Below, in pieces: positions 33,560-35,937 of a stretch of 35,937 bases of DNA. Below the pieces are notes generated by a model. The model saw only the letters and a list, made by a program, of their open reading frames with translations, had not been told where the DNA came from and ran no database searches. The DNA is taken from contig NC_068990.1 of assembly GCF_001194135.2 (NCBI RefSeq), forward strand, positions 54,527,784-54,563,720, written 5' to 3'. The translations under genes were made by a program, and so were the position numbers. This DNA is from Octopus bimaculoides (taxonomy: Eukaryota). Every line of letters starts with the position of its first letter. Within the stretch, counting starts at the first letter, position 1.

Positions 33560-33750
33560 TTAGCAGTTGTTGGGGAAAAGATGTGGTGATATTTGTGATG
33601 CTGGGTGGGGATAGGGTGGGGGTGATGGTACCAGTGGTGATGACGGTGCTGGTGGTGGTGGTGGCAGGGGGCCTGGTGCTGGTAATGGTGATGGTGGTGG
33701 TGATGATCATGATGGTGCTGATGGTGATGGTGCTAATGGTGGCAGTGCCT
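33560..33750. repeat. Degenerate (GGT/GAT/GCT)n tract
   Basis: Direct inspection. Confidence 0.88.
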
Positions 33751-33925
33751 ATACACACCGGGTCATTTATTAAGTGTGTGTATAACCCTAGTGATTGTCA
33801 CACCTATTTTACTTCTTTAATTAAAGACTGGACAACCAGAACAAACCAATGTGATTGCTGTTAGTACACATCCACTAGATACAACAAACCCAATGTTACA
33901 AAAATGGTACATTCCTAAAAATATT

Positions 33926-34114
33926 GGTTTTAAATTTTGGTTCAAGGTCAGCAATTTAGGGGAGGGGTTCAAATGGTACTTATTTTATCATCCCCAAAAA
34001 GGATGAAAAGCAAATTTGACCCCAGCAGCATTTGAACCCAGAATGTAAAGACAGATGAAATGCAGGTAAGCATTTTTGTCTGGCATGCTAATGATTTTGC
34101 CAGCTTGCTGCCTT
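33926..34114 (-). mobile_element. SINE family 1 copy
   Basis: ggtacttattttatcatccc..ggatgaaaag..tttgaacccagaatg. Confidence 0.8.
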
Positions 34115-35182
34115 AAACGTTCTTTAAAATATTATGGTAACATTGAATTCCATAATTTGAAAGATCCTTCTCATCAATTTCCATTTTACATAGATTACTA
34201 GGAAATAGGTTTGGTATCATAGACTTTAAGATTTTCAGGAATACATTTTCACAATTGAGGTGATGTCTATCTGTGGCAGTTATTCTTGACATTTTTAGTA
34301 ATCTCATTGGAAGAAGTTTTAATTTTGTGCTTTTAGTTATGCAGGTATTTTGAAAATACCTCACGGAGTGATGACTGTGCCCTGCGTAGTTTCAGGTTGC
34401 CCTTTGGCAAGGCATAGCACCCATTCAGCTACCCTTAATGGTGAAGTCATAGGACTACAGCATGGCAGATTGTGAAGAGGTAGCAGAAGAGTTCAACTGA
34501 GCCAGTGGTGCTTCTTACATTGATACCGATCAGAAGAATCCTAGAAGATCGATGGTCAGGATCACCAAACTCTATCAAGAGAGTAACTGTAATGCATCCA
34601 TAGGGGTGGTATCTATGGTTGTGTAATCAGCTAATAAAAGAGTAACGCTTTGACTCAAGTTCTCAATTCAAATTCATAATAATGGAATTGGATGGTGAGA
34701 GAGAGCCATGGAAATCTGTGAAAGCAACGAAATAATTTTAAATAACAAGAGGGGTAAAAAAGGTTGTTGACTGTGCATTTTGTAAGGAAAATGTATAATT
34801 TATTTTTTCACCTTCTTTGATATCTTCAAGATGTCACAAACCAATGTGAGATGCCTCAAGCGGGACACTCGACCTGCTAGAAATATCAGCCAAAATTTTC
34901 CACAAATCGCACCCACCGGAAGGAAGGTTCATCCAATGACATGCTTTTACAAATCTCTAAAATATAGGGTGACCACAGCTGGAGTACTTTTGATCATAGG
35001 TCTCTTCGATAAGAGCTGAAATGGGTCTAAGAACCCCACCACCATCACCACAACAAATAACAACAACAGCAGCAACAACAACAATGGCAATAACAACAAC
35101 CTCAAAGTATTTTCAAAGCATTTTATTAAGTATTTAATTACTTTATCCAACCCCAAAAATGTTTATTAAAGCTGTGACTCAC

Positions 35183-35263
35183 ATAAAGCATCCATGTTGC
35201 TATACGATCTCCAGAACCAATGAGGAATTGACTGGCAGATTTTTCCAACTGTTCCTTGGATTC
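35183..35263 (-). CDS. P4HA: P4HA paralog A, internal coding exon (ESKEQLEKSASQFLIGSGDRIATWMLY); upstream exons lie beyond the right edge
   Basis: cccag|GAA acceptor, TAT|gtgagt donor, 81 nt, phase 0-0; GDRIATWMLY matches the P4HA GNRIATWLFY motif. Confidence 0.93.
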
Positions 35264-35367
35264 CTGGGTAATGAATTAAAAAAAAGTCATGCTAGATAGA
35301 TACACTAAATGATATTAACAACAAACACACACACACACACACACACACATGCACACACACACACATA

Positions 35368-35508
35368 TGACTGGCTCCTTTCAATTTCCATTTACTAAAT
35401 CCACTCACAAGACTTTGTTCAGTAGTGGGGCTAAAGTAGAAGACACTTTAAGATTCCATGTAGTGGGACTGAACCTGAAACCATGTGGGAAGAAAACTGC
35501 CAGTGCCT
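35368..35508 (-). mobile_element. SINE family 2, head part
   Basis: ctaaatccactcacaagac..tagaagacact..gggactgaacctgaaaccatgtgg. Confidence 0.7.
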
Positions 35509-35827
35509 TCATTGTATACATCTTACGTCTAAATGATGTTGAGGCTGACTTTCTGTAATTCGATTTATTTCAATCAGTCAACTATGTCCCTTCTCTATAA
35601 GTGTTGGCCATGTGTGTCAGGTATGGAAGATGTCTTTAAACAGATCTAGATAAACAACTACTTTGAAATATTTGAAGAAAATGAAAACAAAACCAGTCAA
35701 ATACTTACAAAATAATCAACACGTGGCTCATACATTGCTCCTAGACCATAATTCAGAACCTGAGAACAAAACATCAACCAAAAGCATTAATATATATATA
35801 TATACATATACTTTAAAGATTGTAGTT

Positions 35828-35861
<34 letters not shown>

Positions 35862-35865
<4 letters not shown>

Positions 35866-35937
35866 TCATCATCATCATCATCATCGTTTAACGTCCGCTT
35901 TCCATGCTAGCATGGGTTGGACGATTTGACTGAGGAC
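35862..35937 (-). mobile_element. RTE-tail repeat running off the window edge
   Basis: (cat)n cgtttaacgtccgctttccatgctagcatgggttggacg. Confidence 0.75.

Noticed and set aside
34113-34640. Possible decayed LINE coding remnant on the minus strand
   Set aside because: No diagnostic motif could be read with confidence in any frame

Overview
AT-rich (microsatellite- and SINE-saturated) animal genomic scaffold with five N-gaps (3327-3615, 4471-4480, 5798-6295, 12973-13421, 16797-17043). The repeat content points to an octopus or other coleoid cephalopod (inference, not verified). I reconstructed, by eye, two head-to-tail minus-strand paralogs of the collagen prolyl 4-hydroxylase alpha subunit (P4HA). 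Paralog A contributes its last four coding exons (35263 down to the stop at 30229), with the distal iron-binding His and the 2-oxoglutarate-binding Lys intact. Paralog B starts about 4.2 kb downstream (ATG 26064) and has seven GT-AG exons in continuous phase down to 6765; its remaining catalytic exons are not visible in the window. Paralog B appears to have lost the tyrosines that line the peptide-substrate-binding groove. Its introns hold a Penelope-like GIY-YIG fragment, a complete type I hammerhead ribozyme (6371-6470) plus an inverted partial copy, a near-identical 210-bp inverted repeat bracketing exon 7, decayed RTE, Tx1/L1 and mariner elements, several MITEs and two SINE families.
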